Assembly: GCA_963678065.2 (NCBI GenBank)
Contig: CAXXVZ010000003.1
Coordinates: 640,001 to 704,000 of the forward strand
Direction of reading: 5' to 3'
Source: Treponemataceae bacterium
Lineage (GTDB): Bacteria > Spirochaetota > Spirochaetia > Treponematales > Rectinemataceae
Length of the DNA: 64,000 nt
Shown one piece after another: positions 49,186-59,204 of this stretch. Within the stretch, counting starts at the first letter, position 1. Each line of letters starts with the position of its first letter. A program made the position numbers and the translations under genes. The notes below the pieces were generated by a model. That model was given only the letters and a program-made list of their open reading frames with translations. It had not been told where the DNA came from and made no database searches.

Positions 49186-50229
49186 ATGGCTGGATTCAAT
49201 ATATTCAATTATTTCTCTCTCGATATCGGCATCGACCTCGGAACCTGCAACACCCTCATCTATGTCAGCGGCAAGGGAATCGTCGTGAATGAACCCTCCG
49301 TCGTCGCCGTGGAGCGGGGAACAGGCAGAGTCCTCGCAGTCGGGACCGAGGCGAAGGCCATGCTCTGGAAGACGCCCGGCGACATCATCGCCAAGCGTCC
49401 CTTGCGCGACGGCGTCATCGCCGATCCCGACATGACCGAAAAGATGATCAAGTACTTCATCCAGAAAGTCATAGCCCGCAACTGGTTCGTGAAGCCGAGG
49501 GTCGTCATCGGCGTCCCCTCGTGCATCACCAAAGTCGAAGAAAACGCTGTCATCGATTCCGCCTACAAGGCGGGAGCGAGATCGGTGAAGGTCATAACCG
49601 AGTCCCTGGCCGCCGCCATCGGCGCGGGCATACCCATCGTCGAGCCGGCCGGCCACATGATCTGCGATATCGGCGGTGGAACATCGGAAATATCGGTCAT
49701 CTCTCTCAAGGGAATGGTCGTCACGAGCGCCATCCGTGTCGGCGGCGACAAGTTCGACGAGGGCATCATCAAGCATATCCGGAATGTCCACAATCTCATA
49801 ATCGGCGAACAGACGGCCGAGAAGCTCAAAATCGAGATAGGCAACGCCACGCCCGAAAAAACCATCGAGAAGATGGAGATAAAGGGAACAGACGCGATCA
49901 CGGGACTTCCGCGTCGCTTCGAAGTCGATTCCGTGGAGATCCGCGAAGCCCTCATCGGCCCGGTCACCCTCATCGTCGAAGAGATCAAGAAGGTCCTCGG
50001 CCGCACGCCCCCGGAACTCGCCGCCGACATCGTCGAGCGCGGCATCGTCATGGCGGGAGGAGGATCCCTTCTCAAAGGCTTCCCCAAACTCGTGGCCAAG
50101 GAGACGGGCGTTCCCGTCATTCTGGCCGAAAAACCCCTCGAGTGCGTGGCCATCGGTGCGGGAAAGTATTTCGAGACCATGAAGAGCCGCGAAGGTGCGG
50201 CCAGCGTGTACGACAGCCTGAATCTCTAG
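49186..50229 (+). CDS. mreB: Rod shape-determining actin-like protein
   Basis: [23 protein letters not shown] and TPPELAADI motifs. Confidence 0.98.
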   Translation: MAGFNIFNYFSLDIGIDLGTCNTLIYVSGKGIVVNEPSVVAVERGTGRVLAVGTEAKAMLWKTPGDIIAKRPLRDGVIADPDMTEKMIKYFIQKVIARNWFVKPRVVIGVPSCITKVEENAVIDSAYKAGARSVKVITESLAAAIGAGIPIVEPAGHMICDIGGGTSEISVISLKGMVVTSAIRVGGDKFDEGIIKHIRNVHNLIIGEQTAEKLKIEIGNATPEKTIEKMEIKGTDAITGLPRRFEVDSVEIREALIGPVTLIVEEIKKVLGRTPPELAADIVERGIVMAGGGSLLKGFPKLVAKETGVPVILAEKPLECVAIGAGKYFETMKSREGAASVYDSLNL

Positions 50230-50238
50230 GCAGCGCGC

Positions 50239-51117
50239 GTGTCCGCCACAGTCTCCAAGCCGGGCAACCGGCAAAGAACGATACTTCCTCTGATTCTTCT
50301 CGTGATGAGCCTCCTTGTCCTCTCGGTCTCGACAAACAGGCTTGAATCTGCCACACGGGACTTCGGACTGACGGTCGCCGGCGTATTCCAGAAGGGATTC
50401 GCCGGGGTTGGCGACTTCGTTTCCGGGTTCTTCAACTCGATAGGCGAACTGCGGCGACTCCGGAAGGAGTATGCCCTTCTCTCCGGCAAGCTCGAAAAAT
50501 ACTCCAATCTCGAGCGGGATTTTGCGGACATCAAGCTCGAAAACGAGAGACTGAAAGAGCAGCTCGGTTTTTCGGAACTCGTGGGTTACGAGCGGATACC
50601 CGCCAGAATCATCGCCAAAGACCCGGAAAGCCGTTATCTGACTCTCACTATCGATCAAGGTTCGACGGACGGTGTCAGGAAAAATATGGCCGTCGTGGCA
50701 TTTCAGGGAGGCGTGGAAGCCGTCGTCGGAAAAGTTGTCGCCGTCGGAGCCCACACTTCCATGGTCATTCCGATAAACGACTCGCGATCCTTTGTCGCCG
50801 CGCGGATCTCCACCACCCGGAACGAGGGCCTCGTGACCGGCCAAGGTTCCGAATACAAACCCCTCCTTCTGAAATATGTTGCCAAATCGGCGGGAACCTC
50901 GATTCAATTCGGGGATCTCGTCGTGACCTCAGGATACGAATCGGTATTCCCGCCCGATATCGCGATCGGCCGCGTCAGAAAAATCAACACACCCGATTAT
51001 CTGACCTCTGCTGAAATCGAACTGGACCGTGCGTTGGACTTCTCGCGGATCGAGTATGTCTTCGTCATCAGCAGGACCGCGGAAGAGGCCAAAACCATCG
51101 CGGAGACCAAGAAATGA
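50239..51117 (+). CDS. mreC: Rod shape-determining protein MreC
   Basis: TM, coiled coil ENERLKEQL, IDQGSTDGV and VVTSG..FPPDIAIG. Operon position. Confidence 0.95.
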   Translation: MSATVSKPGNRQRTILPLILLVMSLLVLSVSTNRLESATRDFGLTVAGVFQKGFAGVGDFVSGFFNSIGELRRLRKEYALLSGKLEKYSNLERDFADIKLENERLKEQLGFSELVGYERIPARIIAKDPESRYLTLTIDQGSTDGVRKNMAVVAFQGGVEAVVGKVVAVGAHTSMVIPINDSRSFVAARISTTRNEGLVTGQGSEYKPLLLKYVAKSAGTSIQFGDLVVTSGYESVFPPDIAIGRVRKINTPDYLTSAEIELDRALDFSRIEYVFVISRTAEEAKTIAETKK

Positions 51118-51620
51118 CGTCCGTGATTTTCCTTTCGACTATCCTTCTCTCCACGATGGGCATTATCCAAGGCACATGGCTCAAGGATCTGACGATCCTC
51201 GGTGCGGCTCCTGATTTCCCGATGCTCATCCTCATGTGGCTCTCTTTCAACAATGCCCGGGGCGAAGGGCCCGTTTCGGGCTTCCTCGCAGGGCTTGTCG
51301 AGGATATCATCTCTTCGGCGCCTTTCGGCTTCCACGCCTTCAACCGGACACTCGTGGCATATATCGCTTCGCTCTTCCACGGATCATTCCACATAGATAA
51401 TATCATCATGCCCGCGCTGTTCGGCATCGGCGGGACTCTCCTCAAAGCCCTGTCATCATTCCTCCTCTCCCTCTTGTTCGGGGCTGCCATTTTCACCTAT
51501 TCACTAGTAGAATCTTCTTTCTGGATTCAGTGCGGAATGAACGGCATACTCGCCCCTCTCGTATTCTTCCTTCTGTCCAAGACACGGCGCTATCTGGTCA
51601 CGGACGATAAAAAGCGATGA
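51114..51620 (+). CDS. mreD: Rod shape-determining protein MreD
   Basis: Hydrophobic 168 aa with PDF and GFLAGLVED. Lies between mreC and pbp2. Confidence 0.92.
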   Translation: MTSVIFLSTILLSTMGIIQGTWLKDLTILGAAPDFPMLILMWLSFNNARGEGPVSGFLAGLVEDIISSAPFGFHAFNRTLVAYIASLFHGSFHIDNIIMPALFGIGGTLLKALSSFLLSLLFGAAIFTYSLVESSFWIQCGMNGILAPLVFFLLSKTRRYLVTDDKKR

Positions 51621-53506
51621 AACGGAACGATTCAGGGAACAGACCAGAAAATAAGTCGGATTCTTCTCCCACAGGGCGGATAAAAGTCCTTTACAGCATC
51701 TGCATGGGGCTCTTCCTCATCTATGCCGGCTATCTCTTCTATCTTCAGGCTATCAGAGGGAACGACTTCCGGACCAAGGCCGAGAAAATCGCCATGCAGG
51801 CCAACATCCTCCCCGCGCAGAGGGGCGAGATCCGCGACAGGACCGGCAAGAAGGACTTGGTCTTCAACACGGACTCGTTCGCGATCAGCGTGGTGCCAGC
51901 AAACCTTCCGGCGGAAAAGCGGGACTCGGTTTTCGCCCTGCTCGCATCAACTATCGGTATCCCCGAGCAGGATCTCAGGAAAAAGGTACCGCCGGTCTAC
52001 TATCGCATGTACCAGCCCATCGAGCTTGTATCGTCGGTTCCCTTCTCCACTATCACCAAAATAGCAGAAAACCTGGACGACTTCCCGGGCGTCGAATGGC
52101 GTTCGAAACCCATTCGCAGCTATTCAGGACCAGGCTCCCTCGCTCACATCGTCGGATACGTAGGCGATATCACCCGCGAAGAGTACAAGCTTCTGTACAA
52201 TGAGAACTACACCTCCACCGATGTGATAGGCAAGGCGGGAGTCGAGAAGCAGTACGACAAGATACTGAAAGGCAAAGATGGAAGGGAACTCAAGGCTGTG
52301 GATGTGAAGGGCCGGAATATACCCTCCGAATCGGACCGCGTCGAACCACCTGTCCAGGGAACGAATCTTATCCTCTCCATCGACGCGAATATTCAGGAAA
52401 TTGCCGAAAAGGCGCTCGGTCCCCGTATGGGCTCTGCCATTGTCCTCAAGCCTGCGACCGGCGAGATTCTTGCGATGGTCTCTTACCCCTGGTACGACCC
52501 CGCGCTGTTCGCCGGAAAAAATGCCGGCAACGAATACGCGAAACTTCTCGAGGACCCCAACAAACCCCTCCTCAACAGGGCGATCCAGTCGAGCTACCCG
52601 CCGGCCTCGACATTCAAGACAGTGCTCACGACTGCCCTTTACGAGGAAAAATCCTTTCCTGCCGAGAGCAAGATCGTCTGCCATGGCGAGCTGTCCTACG
52701 GCGAGAGGGTCTTCAATTGCTGGATCAAGAGACCTGGCCACGGCCCCCTCGATCTCCGGGGCGGATTGGCTCAGTCCTGCGACGTCTACTACTGGACCGT
52801 CGGAAGGGACTACATCGGGGTCGAAAACATCGTCACGTACGCGAAGGACTACGGTTACGGCAAAAAGACGAGCATCGATCTTCCTTCCGAGACTGAGGGA
52901 CTCGTGCCCACGCCGCAGTGGAAGGAGAGACAGTACAACGAGAAGTGGTCGGGCGGAGACACGATGAATCTCTCCATCGGCCAAGGTTACATGCTGGCCA
53001 CGCCCATACAGGTCGCAGACATGATGGCCATGATCGTGAACGACGGCATCATCTACAAGCCCCACCTCGTCAGGGAATTCCGCGATGCATCCTCTGGCGC
53101 CCTCGTCAGGCGTGTGGAACCGGAAGCCCTCATACGTTCGAGGATTTCCCGCTCGACATTCGCAGCGACCCGCTCGGCGCTGCGCGGGGTCATCTCCGAT
53201 GGAACGGCAAGGGTTCCGATCAACACGAAGGCCGTCCTCATCGCAGGAAAAACGGGCACCGCCGAGGTCGGCCTGAAAGATCGCTGGCACTCCTGGTTCG
53301 CCTCATTCGGCCCATATGACGCTAAGCCCGAGGACATGATCGTCGTCGTCGTCATGGTGGAGGCGACAAACAAATGGGAGTGGTGGGCTCCCTATGCATC
53401 CAACATCATCTACCAGGCCATTTTCGCCAGACAGGACTTCGAAACCGCTGTCAGAACCCTTGGACTTTCCGCGACCATGGGGCAGAGCAGGGGGAGGGTG
53501 GAGTGA
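51617..53506 (+). CDS. mrdA: Penicillin-binding protein 2
   Basis: RGEIRDR, GKAGVEKQYD, YPPASTFK (SxxK), SCD and KTGT motifs. Confidence 0.96.
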   Translation: MKRNDSGNRPENKSDSSPTGRIKVLYSICMGLFLIYAGYLFYLQAIRGNDFRTKAEKIAMQANILPAQRGEIRDRTGKKDLVFNTDSFAISVVPANLPAEKRDSVFALLASTIGIPEQDLRKKVPPVYYRMYQPIELVSSVPFSTITKIAENLDDFPGVEWRSKPIRSYSGPGSLAHIVGYVGDITREEYKLLYNENYTSTDVIGKAGVEKQYDKILKGKDGRELKAVDVKGRNIPSESDRVEPPVQGTNLILSIDANIQEIAEKALGPRMGSAIVLKPATGEILAMVSYPWYDPALFAGKNAGNEYAKLLEDPNKPLLNRAIQSSYPPASTFKTVLTTALYEEKSFPAESKIVCHGELSYGERVFNCWIKRPGHGPLDLRGGLAQSCDVYYWTVGRDYIGVENIVTYAKDYGYGKKTSIDLPSETEGLVPTPQWKERQYNEKWSGGDTMNLSIGQGYMLATPIQVADMMAMIVNDGIIYKPHLVREFRDASSGALVRRVEPEALIRSRISRSTFAATRSALRGVISDGTARVPINTKAVLIAGKTGTAEVGLKDRWHSWFASFGPYDAKPEDMIVVVVMVEATNKWEWWAPYASNIIYQAIFARQDFETAVRTLGLSATMGQSRGRVE

Positions 53507-54828
53507 CATTGACGACAAGAAGCTTGCCCAAATTCATCACCGACATGGATTTCCTCCTTCTCGGGGCGACAGTTGCCCTCGTGGCTATCGGCGTTTTTTC
53601 CATCTACTCCGTCGGAATCACGGCGGAAGGCTTTCTCGTATCGAACGAGTATCTGAAGCAGATCATCTGGGCAGTCTCCGGATTCTTCCTCATGCTCCTC
53701 GTCATCTCCATAGACTACCAACGGTACAAAGATTACTCCTTCGTCATCTACGGATTCTTCATGCTCCTCCTCGTATATACCAGGATCGGGGGGAGGGTAG
53801 TGAATGGTGCGCGCTCATGGCTCGGCTTCGGGGAAATCGGCATCCAGCCTTCCGAGTTCGCAAAAATTGCGACCATCCTTTTCCTTGCTCAATATCTTTC
53901 CATGTCAGAACATGAAAGCTCTTTCAAGCGCCTCGCCGTCTCGTTCGGGATCATCTCGCTGCCCGTAGTCCTCATCCTCTCACAGCCGGATTTCGGCACC
54001 TCCCTCGTATTTTTTCCGATCCTGATCTTTATGGCCTTCGTCGCGGGGCTCGACAGGAAGTTCATTGTCTTCCTCCTTCTGGTCATTGGCCTGACCTTCA
54101 TATTCCTCATCATGCCGCTGTGGGAAACATATATCCTGAAGGCACCTGCGCCCCTCGTGTTCATTTTCTACAAGACGCCGTACAACTTCATCGTTCTCGC
54201 GGTGGCTATTCTCGTTCTCGGCCTTTCTGCTTATGGCTGGATTTCCTTCAGAAAGAAATACTATTTCTGGATAGCCTATTTCTCTCTCCTCCTCGTCGGA
54301 GCCCTGACCGTTTCTATACTCGGGCACAAAGTGCTCAAGGAATACCAGATCATGCGACTCATGGTCTTCCTCGATCCCGGAATCGACCCGCGAGGTTCCG
54401 GATGGAACATTCTCCAAGCCATCACCGCCATCGGTTCCGGAGGCATCACGGGCAAAGGTTACCTTCAGGGAACCCAAAGCCACTACCGCTACATACCTCA
54501 GCAGAGTACGGATTTCATCTTTTCCATCGTGGCGGAGGAATGGGGCTTCGTCGGCGGGGTATCGGTGTTCGCCCTTTTCTATACCCTGCTCAACCGCTGC
54601 GTCAAACTCATCTCGACCGTCAAAGACCACTATGCCTCCTATGTCGTGGCCGGCGTCATGGGGATGCTGTTCTTCCACTTCATGATCAACGCCGGGATGG
54701 TGATGGGCATCATGCCCATCACCGGAATCCCCCTCTATTTTCTCTCCTACGGAGGTTCCTCCCTCTGGGCGGTTCTTGTGTCCGTAGGTATTCTCCTGGG
54801 CATTTCGGCCCGAAGGTACAGAATGTGA
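53503..54828 (+). CDS. rodA: Rod shape-determining protein RodA
   Basis: GARSW, QPSEFAK, QPDFGT, TDFIF and PITGIPL..SYGGSS. GTG start overlaps the mrdA stop. Confidence 0.96.
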   Translation: MTLTTRSLPKFITDMDFLLLGATVALVAIGVFSIYSVGITAEGFLVSNEYLKQIIWAVSGFFLMLLVISIDYQRYKDYSFVIYGFFMLLLVYTRIGGRVVNGARSWLGFGEIGIQPSEFAKIATILFLAQYLSMSEHESSFKRLAVSFGIISLPVVLILSQPDFGTSLVFFPILIFMAFVAGLDRKFIVFLLLVIGLTFIFLIMPLWETYILKAPAPLVFIFYKTPYNFIVLAVAILVLGLSAYGWISFRKKYYFWIAYFSLLLVGALTVSILGHKVLKEYQIMRLMVFLDPGIDPRGSGWNILQAITAIGSGGITGKGYLQGTQSHYRYIPQQSTDFIFSIVAEEWGFVGGVSVFALFYTLLNRCVKLISTVKDHYASYVVAGVMGMLFFHFMINAGMVMGIMPITGIPLYFLSYGGSSLWAVLVSVGILLGISARRYRM

Positions 54829-57410
54829 CAAAATCCCGAAAAGAGCCGGTGCATCCCCTCCTGGACATCGGCCCTGAACTTCTTTCCGTTGAAAAACCTG
54901 CGCGATACTTGGGCGGAGAATATGGATCGATCAGGAAAAAACGCGATGAGGGCCTATTCACGATCGCCCTATGTTTTCCCGACCTCTACGAGATCGGCAT
55001 GTCCAACAACGCCATCCGTATCTTGTACGAGGGGCTCAACGCGCTGCATGATATCCGCTGCGAACGAGTTTTCGCCCCTGCGTCCGATTTTGCCATGCTT
55101 CTTTCCCGGAAAGGGCTCCCTCTCTACACCCTCGAATCCGGGATTCCCCTCGACTCTGTCGACATGATCGGTTTTTCCATAGGATACGAACTCTGCGCCA
55201 CCAACATCCTCGCCGTTCTCGATTCGGGCAGAGTACCTCTGCTCAGGACGGAGAGAGCCGACGACGATCCCATCGTGATCGCTGGAGGGCCCGCGATCAC
55301 AAATCCGCATCCTTTCTCCCTCTTCCTCGACGCAGTCTACATCGGAGAGGCGGAGGCCGGGTTCTACGATCTCGTCTCGCAGCTCTCTGACATGAAGCGG
55401 GCAGGGAAGGGGAGGAACGAAATCCTCGGCGCACTCGGCGAGCATCCCTCTGTCTGGACCCCCGAAGGAGAAAGCCGGCATAGTTCCGGAAACGGAGGGC
55501 ACAGGAAGGCTGTCCGGGCGATCTTCACGGATTTTCCGCAACACGAGTACTCCACAGCCCTTCCACTTCCTACAACGAAGACAGTCCAGGATCACGGGAC
55601 CGTCGAGATCATGCGTGGATGCCCGAACGGCTGCCGTTTCTGTCATGCGGGATACTTTTACCGACCGCAGAGGGTAAAGTCGCCCGAAGTCATATTCGCG
55701 GAAGTCGAGCGTCTCATCAAAACAGGCGGTTATCGGGAAATTACTCTCGCATCGCTCTCTTCCGGCGACTATCCGGGCATCGGTGATCTCATAGTGGAAC
55801 TCAATCGGCGATGGTCGAAACGCAGGGTCTCCTTCCAGCTGCCCTCGCTAAAGGTCGATACTTTCACGCTACCCCTCCTTGAACAGCTCTCGGAGGTACG
55901 GAAATCCGGCCTCACTTTCGCCGTGGAGACGCCCATCGAATCCTGGCAGGCCTCGATCAATAAGGCCGTCTCCTTCGATCGTACTGTGGCAATCCTCGAG
56001 GAGGCCCGCAGAAAAGGATTCAGGCAGGCCAAGTTCTATTTCATGATCGGCTTGCCTGTTGCGGGATTCGGCGAAGGGGAGGCCGACGCCATCATCGCTT
56101 TCCTGGAAAAAATCTGTCACCTCACCTCACTGTCTCTCTCTGTGAATATCGGAACCTTCGTTCCCAAGCCCCATACGCCCTTCGAGCGCTCCGCCCAGCT
56201 CTCCGAAGAGCAGGCCCTTCTTGCGCTTTCAAAGATAAAAAACGCCCTGAGACGCTTCAGGAATCTCAAGGTGTCTTATCATTCACCCTTCGTATCCATG
56301 CTCGAGGGAATCATCTCCCGCGGCGACGACAGTGTCGGAGAGCTGCTCCTTTCCGCATACCGCAAAGGAGCCAGACTGGATGCCTGGGAAGAACACTTCA
56401 ACCGCGAACTCTGGAGATCTGTTCTTGATGGGGCGGTGGAAGGTGCGGTGCCGCGACTCCTCTCCGCCAAAAACGCAGAGGAGTCGCTCCCATGGGAAGA
56501 TATATCGATACGAGTCTCGCCAGCATATCTCGAACGAGAGTTTGAAAAATCAAAAGCAGAAATTTTTACAGATGCATGTGTTGATAAATGCACATATCAG
56601 TGTGGATCGTGTTCCAAGGAATTACATATTGTGCATTATAATACACATATTGAATCAATTTCATCTCAGATTATCGAAAATCCAACTGACGTCGTTGCAC
56701 CACCTGACGCGCTTCGACGACACTGGGTTGTACTTTCGTACAGAAAACGCGGCGTCGCCGCGTACTACCAACATCTCTCTATAGTTGAGTTCTTTTCGCG
56801 CGGATTCATGCTGAACGACATTCCTGTGGCATATTCAGAAGGATTCAATCCAATGCCCCGCATCGAGACAACGCCGCCACTAAGCATGGGCGCAGAATCC
56901 CTGTGCGAAGTGATGCAGATTCCCCTCGATTCCGAGTCGATCGATCTTCCCGGACTGATCAGTACCCTGAACACATCGCTTCCCGAAGGCATAGAGATAA
57001 CCAAGGCGCGAATTCGAGTCCCACAGACTGCTGGGAGTCGCCACAGATCGATCGGATCCCTCTATGCGGCGTCAGTTTTCCGTGTCCAGGCGATCGCCGC
57101 AGCCGCAGCTAAAGACGGAACTGTCGATGTCGACAAAGACCGCGACCATGAGCCCTTCGATGTCAAAGCCTCAGTCATGACTTCCTTGTGTGAATACCTG
57201 ACTGGACTCGGAGCGACCGATCTGACCCGGATCGATCTACACACTGTGGAGTTTGTTCTACCTGATAAGTCAGGCGGCGAACGCAATCTTGTGAGGATAC
57301 TCGAAAGGTTCACGGACCTCCGTCCAGCTCTCCGAGTCTTCCGAGTCCTCAGATTGGCGACCATGCTCGACAACGACGGAAAGTTTGAAGATTTGTACGA
57401 TTCGATCTGA
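54825..57410 (+). CDS. B12-binding-like radical SAM protein (TIGR03960-type) fused to a radical-SAM-linked DUF2344 domain
   Basis: VEKPARYLGGE, FPDLYEIGMSN, RGCPNGCRFC, FVPKPHTPF and C-terminal AYSEGFNPMPRI..PLSMG. GTG start 54825. Confidence 0.9.
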   Translation: MTKSRKEPVHPLLDIGPELLSVEKPARYLGGEYGSIRKKRDEGLFTIALCFPDLYEIGMSNNAIRILYEGLNALHDIRCERVFAPASDFAMLLSRKGLPLYTLESGIPLDSVDMIGFSIGYELCATNILAVLDSGRVPLLRTERADDDPIVIAGGPAITNPHPFSLFLDAVYIGEAEAGFYDLVSQLSDMKRAGKGRNEILGALGEHPSVWTPEGESRHSSGNGGHRKAVRAIFTDFPQHEYSTALPLPTTKTVQDHGTVEIMRGCPNGCRFCHAGYFYRPQRVKSPEVIFAEVERLIKTGGYREITLASLSSGDYPGIGDLIVELNRRWSKRRVSFQLPSLKVDTFTLPLLEQLSEVRKSGLTFAVETPIESWQASINKAVSFDRTVAILEEARRKGFRQAKFYFMIGLPVAGFGEGEADAIIAFLEKICHLTSLSLSVNIGTFVPKPHTPFERSAQLSEEQALLALSKIKNALRRFRNLKVSYHSPFVSMLEGIISRGDDSVGELLLSAYRKGARLDAWEEHFNRELWRSVLDGAVEGAVPRLLSAKNAEESLPWEDISIRVSPAYLEREFEKSKAEIFTDACVDKCTYQCGSCSKELHIVHYNTHIESISSQIIENPTDVVAPPDALRRHWVVLSYRKRGVAAYYQHLSIVEFFSRGFMLNDIPVAYSEGFNPMPRIETTPPLSMGAESLCEVMQIPLDSESIDLPGLISTLNTSLPEGIEITKARIRVPQTAGSRHRSIGSLYAASVFRVQAIAAAAAKDGTVDVDKDRDHEPFDVKASVMTSLCEYLTGLGATDLTRIDLHTVEFVLPDKSGGERNLVRILERFTDLRPALRVFRVLRLATMLDNDGKFEDLYDSI

Positions 57411-57512
57411 ACCCTTTGCGGATGATGTCTCGACTCAAGGAGGTATCGACAGTGCCGATTGTGAGAATTGGAGGATATCCTGCAGGCTTTTTGGTTTCCC
57501 CGTATACTTCTC

Positions 57513-57540
57513 AGTAGACAGAATATACATTATACGAAGT
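57513..57540 (-). other. dif: dif-like XerC/XerD recombination site
   Basis: Minus strand ACTTCGTATAA-TGTATA-TTCTGTCTACT (11-6-11), intergenic, at the convergence of two long gene blocks. Confidence 0.8.
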
Positions 57541-57677
57541 AATGGATGGGTGGCCTTCTGAGTTTTGAGCGCTAAGTATTTGTGGTATATGGATATGACT
57601 GGTTATAAATGAGTTACAGATTTTGTGCTGTACTCGTAAAAACAATTATATAGGGGTTTGAAGCATGGCCCGCGTTG

Positions 57678-58409
57678 TCAGTTCGGGATGAAGGTAAAAT
57701 ATGACGTCGTATAGTTGGGGTAACTCGGAATGACTGTCAGAGGGCTCTGGGAATCCTGGCCGTACGCGACGCCATAGAAAACGAAATACAGCGTATCGGG
57801 CGATGAATAGCTTCCGGCATAGTCCACATTGCCGGCCAGATAGCCGGTTTTCAGGTAGAATGGCTGACTTGTCGTAGAGCCGGAGGGATACCGACGAAGG
57901 TAATGCCGGTTTGCAGTCACATCGGGATCTGCGCCGTTCGCCGTGTAGTACCAGTCTTCGGAACCCTTCAAGTAAACGGTAAAATAGTTGGCGCTGCTCG
58001 CGACGAAATCTTTCAGGATGGGCCGGTCATCGTAAGGATTGGACGTATCGTCGGCATTGTAGACCCGCTTGAATCCGAGGGTTTCGAGCTTCGAGAAGGC
58101 CAGCGCCGGGGAACCGTCAGAGCGGTCTATTTCTGACTGCATCGCCGCAATCGCTGATTCGGCCTCTCCCGAGCTTGTATACGCTCTATAATATATTTCA
58201 TACCCTACGAAATACTGTATCGCCGAGAGGGAATCGTAATTCAGGATATTGTGGACCAGTCTGAAGGTATTGGCCGACTCACCCGAGTCGGTGAGAGTCG
58301 GCGGATAGTAGAATGGTACATCCTGTATTCCACAGGACGTCGCCGCGATAGCGCACAGCGCGGCGACGATGACGAGGAATACTCCCGAGCCTGACCTGCG
58401 GGTTGTCAT
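57678..58409 (-). CDS. Hypothetical lipoprotein
   Basis: GGGGAGGG before ATG 58409. Lipobox-like ATSC; Tyr/Ser-rich mature region. Confidence 0.75.
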   Translation of the reverse strand: MTTRRSGSGVFLVIVAALCAIAATSCGIQDVPFYYPPTLTDSGESANTFRLVHNILNYDSLSAIQYFVGYEIYYRAYTSSGEAESAIAAMQSEIDRSDGSPALAFSKLETLGFKRVYNADDTSNPYDDRPILKDFVASSANYFTVYLKGSEDWYYTANGADPDVTANRHYLRRYPSGSTTSQPFYLKTGYLAGNVDYAGSYSSPDTLYFVFYGVAYGQDSQSPLTVIPSYPNYTTSYFTFIPN

Positions 58410-58482
58410 CCGAGCCCCTCCCCTATAAACGTCGGCCCGGGTTTCCCCGGGCCGCGTGCGGATATACGAGAGCAAACAACGT

Positions 58483-59199
58483 TTACTTGGCGAGGTTACC
58501 CGCGTTTATAAAAATGATCCTGTCCTTGGCGAGCTTGGCCCAATCCTCGTCGGGAAATTTTGCGATGGCGTCTTCATACGACTTCAGAGCTGACTTGTAA
58601 TCCTTCTGGCCCTCATGGAGGCGGCCGATGGAGAAATATGCGTGCGCGAGGCCCACAGCACTCTCGGAGAACTTGCTCACGATCTTGTTGTAGTACTCGA
58701 GAGCCTTTTCGGGAGCTCCCCGTTCTTCAGCTGCGTTCGCGGCTCCCTGGAGGGCCAGGGCTGCAACATAGCTGGCAGCCTTTCTCTCGGAAGCCTTCAC
58801 CCAGAGCTTCTCCGCTCCCTCGAAGTCTTTCTTCGTCTCGAGCAGGCGCGCTTGCGTGATGTATGCCTGCTGGGCGGCAAAAGATCCCGACCATCTCTTT
58901 TCAATATCCGTGAGGGATTTCTCGAGTTCGGTGAGCATCTTGTCTTTCTTGGCCTGGTCATTTTCGGCCTGCCAGGCGGCGTAGTCCTTCTCTGCCTTTT
59001 CCATTCCGGCCGTCGAATTGCGGAGGGTCGACGAGGATATCGTGGTCCACAGCACTATCACAAGGAAAACAACGAGAAGTGCAGCGATTACGGCAAGGAA
59101 AACCGTCCGGTATTTCCTGATGAAGTCGGAAATCTTCTCGACGAGGGTCTTTTTCGCCTCGACCTGGCCCGGAGCTTTCCGGGAAGCGCTTTTTTCCAT
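58483..59199 (-). CDS. Membrane-anchored TPR protein (YfgM-like)
   Basis: AGGAG before ATG 59199. One TM, then TPRs (AYFSIGRLHE). Confidence 0.85.
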   Translation of the reverse strand: MEKSASRKAPGQVEAKKTLVEKISDFIRKYRTVFLAVIAALLVVFLVIVLWTTISSSTLRNSTAGMEKAEKDYAAWQAENDQAKKDKMLTELEKSLTDIEKRWSGSFAAQQAYITQARLLETKKDFEGAEKLWVKASERKAASYVAALALQGAANAAEERGAPEKALEYYNKIVSKFSESAVGLAHAYFSIGRLHEGQKDYKSALKSYEDAIAKFPDEDWAKLAKDRIIFINAGNLAK

Positions 59200-59204
59200 A
59201 TGTT

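Noticed and set aside
54120..54824. Long N-terminal extensions on ORF-track calls (54120, 46159, 37126, 26032, 39940, 11752)
   Set aside because: They overlap upstream genes in another frame. Internal starts with SD sequences or stop/start overlaps fit better.
57525..57543. 16-nt identity to the right half of loxP (ATACATTATACGAAGT)
   Set aside because: The left loxP arm is absent and there is no vector sequence. An 11-6-11 dif reading explains the site better.
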